Origin: Okamejei kenojei
Taxonomy: Eukaryota
Reading direction: 5' to 3'
NCBI GenBank assembly: GCA_035221665.1
Contig: CM069139.1
Coordinates: 56,544,001 to 56,608,000 of the forward strand
DNA: 64,000 nucleotides
The notes under the pieces were generated by a model. The model was not told where the DNA came from, made no database searches, and worked only from the letters and a program-made list of their open reading frames with translations. Numbering within the stretch: position 1 is the first letter of the stretch; the number at the start of each line of letters is the position of its first letter. The position numbers and the translations under genes are program-made. Below are positions 62,438-64,000 of the stretch, one piece after another.

Positions 62438-62742
62438 TACTTTAGACGAGATACTGCGCCGAAACAGGCCCTTCGGCCCAATGAGTCTGTGCCAACCAGC
62501 GATCATCCCGTACACGATCACTATCCTATACACTAGGGACAATTTTGCAATTTTACCAAAGCCAATTAATCTACAAACCTGTACGTCTTTGGAGTGTGGG
62601 AGGAAACTGGAGCACCTGGAGAAAATCCATGCAGTCACAGGGAATGTACAAACTCCGTACAGACAGCACCCATAGTTAGGATCGCACCCAGGTCTCTGGC
62701 ACTGTAAGGCAGCAACTCTACCACTGCACCAATGTGATGCCC
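62438..62742 (-). mobile_element. tRNA-derived SINE (HE1/V-SINE type)
   Basis: Full-length reverse-complement copy. Confidence 0.85.
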
Positions 62743-62823
62743 ATACTACGTCACCTTGCATTTTTGCTTTTATACTATTTTTTATTCCACACATTGGTAG
62801 TTTCCAGAACAGCTTCAAATATA

Positions 62824-64000
62824 CAGTGCCCTCAATAATGTTTGGGACAAAGACCCATCATTTATTTATCTGCCTCTGCTCTCCACAATTTGAGATTTGT
62901 AATAGAAAAAAATCACATGTGGTTAAAGTGCACATTGTCAGATTTTAATAAAGGGTCTTTTTATACATTGTGGTATCATCATGCAGAAATTTGGTATCAC
63001 CACAGCAGTGTTTATACATCGTCCCCTCCATTTCAGGGCACCATAATGTTTGGGACACAGCAATGTCATGTAAATGAAAGTAGTGATGTTTCGTATTTTG
63101 TTGCATATCCTTTGCATGCAATTGCTGCTTGAAATCTGCGATTCATGGACAGCACCAGTTGCTGGGAGTCTATTCTGGTGATGCTCTGCCAGGTCTGTAT
63201 TGCAGCCATCTTTAGCTTATGCTTGTTTTGGGGGCTGGTCCCCTTCAGTTTTCTCTTCAGCATATAAAAGGCATGCTCAATTGGGTTCAGATCGGGTGAT
63301 TGATTTGGCCACTCAAGAATTGACAATTTTTTAGCTTTGAAAAACTCCTTTGTTGCTTTAGCAGTATGTTTAGGATCATAAGGTCTGAAGAAGGGTCTCG
63401 ACCCGAAACGTCGCCTATCTCCTTCGCTCCTTAGATGCTGCTGCACCCGCTGAGTTTCTCCAGCTTTTTGTGTACCTTGTTTAGGATCATTGTCTTGCTG
63501 TAGAATGAATCGCAGGCCAATGAGTTTTGAAGCATTTGCTTGAGCTTGAGCAGATAGGATGTGGCTTTGCACTTCAGAATTCATGATGCTACTACCATCA
63601 GCAGTTGTATCATCAATGAAGATAAGTGAGCCAGTACCTTCACCAGCCATACATGCCCACACTTACATCCCCCCCCCCACCGTGTTTCACTGATTAGATG
63701 GTATGCTTTGGATCTTGGGCAGTTCCTTCTCTCCTCCATACTTTGCTATTGCTATCACTCTGCTACAAGTTTATCTTCGTCTCATCTGTCCACAAGACCT
63801 TTTTCTTTTAAGTACTTCTTATACTTAAAAGACCTGTTCTTTTAAGTACTTCTTGGCAAACTAACCTGACCATCCTATTGTTGCAGCTAACCAGTGGTTT
63901 GCATCTTACAATGTAGCCTCTGTAATGAAGTCTTCTGCGGACTGTGGTCATTGAAAAATCCACACCTGACTCCCAAAGAGTGTTTCTAATCTGACGGATC
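62824..64000 (-). mobile_element. Tc1/mariner transposon (same family as 25797-27532), running off the window
   Basis: TA|CAGTGCCCTCAATAATGTTTGGGACAAAGACCC TIR; transposase C-terminus FILQQDNDPK..WPNQSPDLNPIEH..KGYATKY (63066-63662). Confidence 0.93.
63380..63477 (+). mobile_element. Young Penelope pLTR with intact hammerhead-like core, 13-bp TSD
   Basis: TGTTTAGGATCAT at 63367-63379 and 63478-63490; core CTGAAGA-AGGGTCTCGACCC-GAAACGTC. Confidence 0.85.

Noticed and set aside
6638-62742. tRNA-like A/B box sequences as tRNA genes
   Set aside because: Each continues into the SINE core and a CR1-like tail; none forms a complete cloverleaf.

Overview
This is vertebrate genomic DNA, about two-thirds transposon-derived. 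The repeat inventory (tRNA-derived HE1/V-SINE-type SINEs, CR1, Penelope, Rex/Babar, RTE, L1, Tc1) points to a cartilaginous fish, probably a skate or ray; that is an inference. The only host coding sequence I can support is one clean minus-strand exon (40218-40463) encoding part of the C-terminal RidA/YjgF domain of long-form DPH6, plus a weak second candidate exon (22225-22350). Most of the window is therefore probably DPH6 intron, in what is MEIS2 regulatory territory in other vertebrates. Main observations: (1) a 48-bp unique cluster with two opposed DR2 retinoic-acid-response-type elements and an overlapping perfect PBX-MEIS decamer (50534-50581), plus other homeodomain-motif-rich candidate enhancers; (2) a head-to-tail array of non-autonomous Helitron-like units nested in an old CR1; (3) more than ten Penelope terminal repeats carrying hammerhead-ribozyme-like cores, nearly all antisense to DPH6; (4) a nearly intact full-length CR1 with an 18-bp TSD and eight 93-bp 5' monomers; (5) a roughly 5-7 kb duplication across a 500-N gap, probably two haplotypes, which reveals insertion and copy-number polymorphisms including an unclassified tandem dimer. 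Sequence from about 9.7 to 27 kb looks error-rich. Repeat boundaries are approximate unless a TSD or TIR is quoted.
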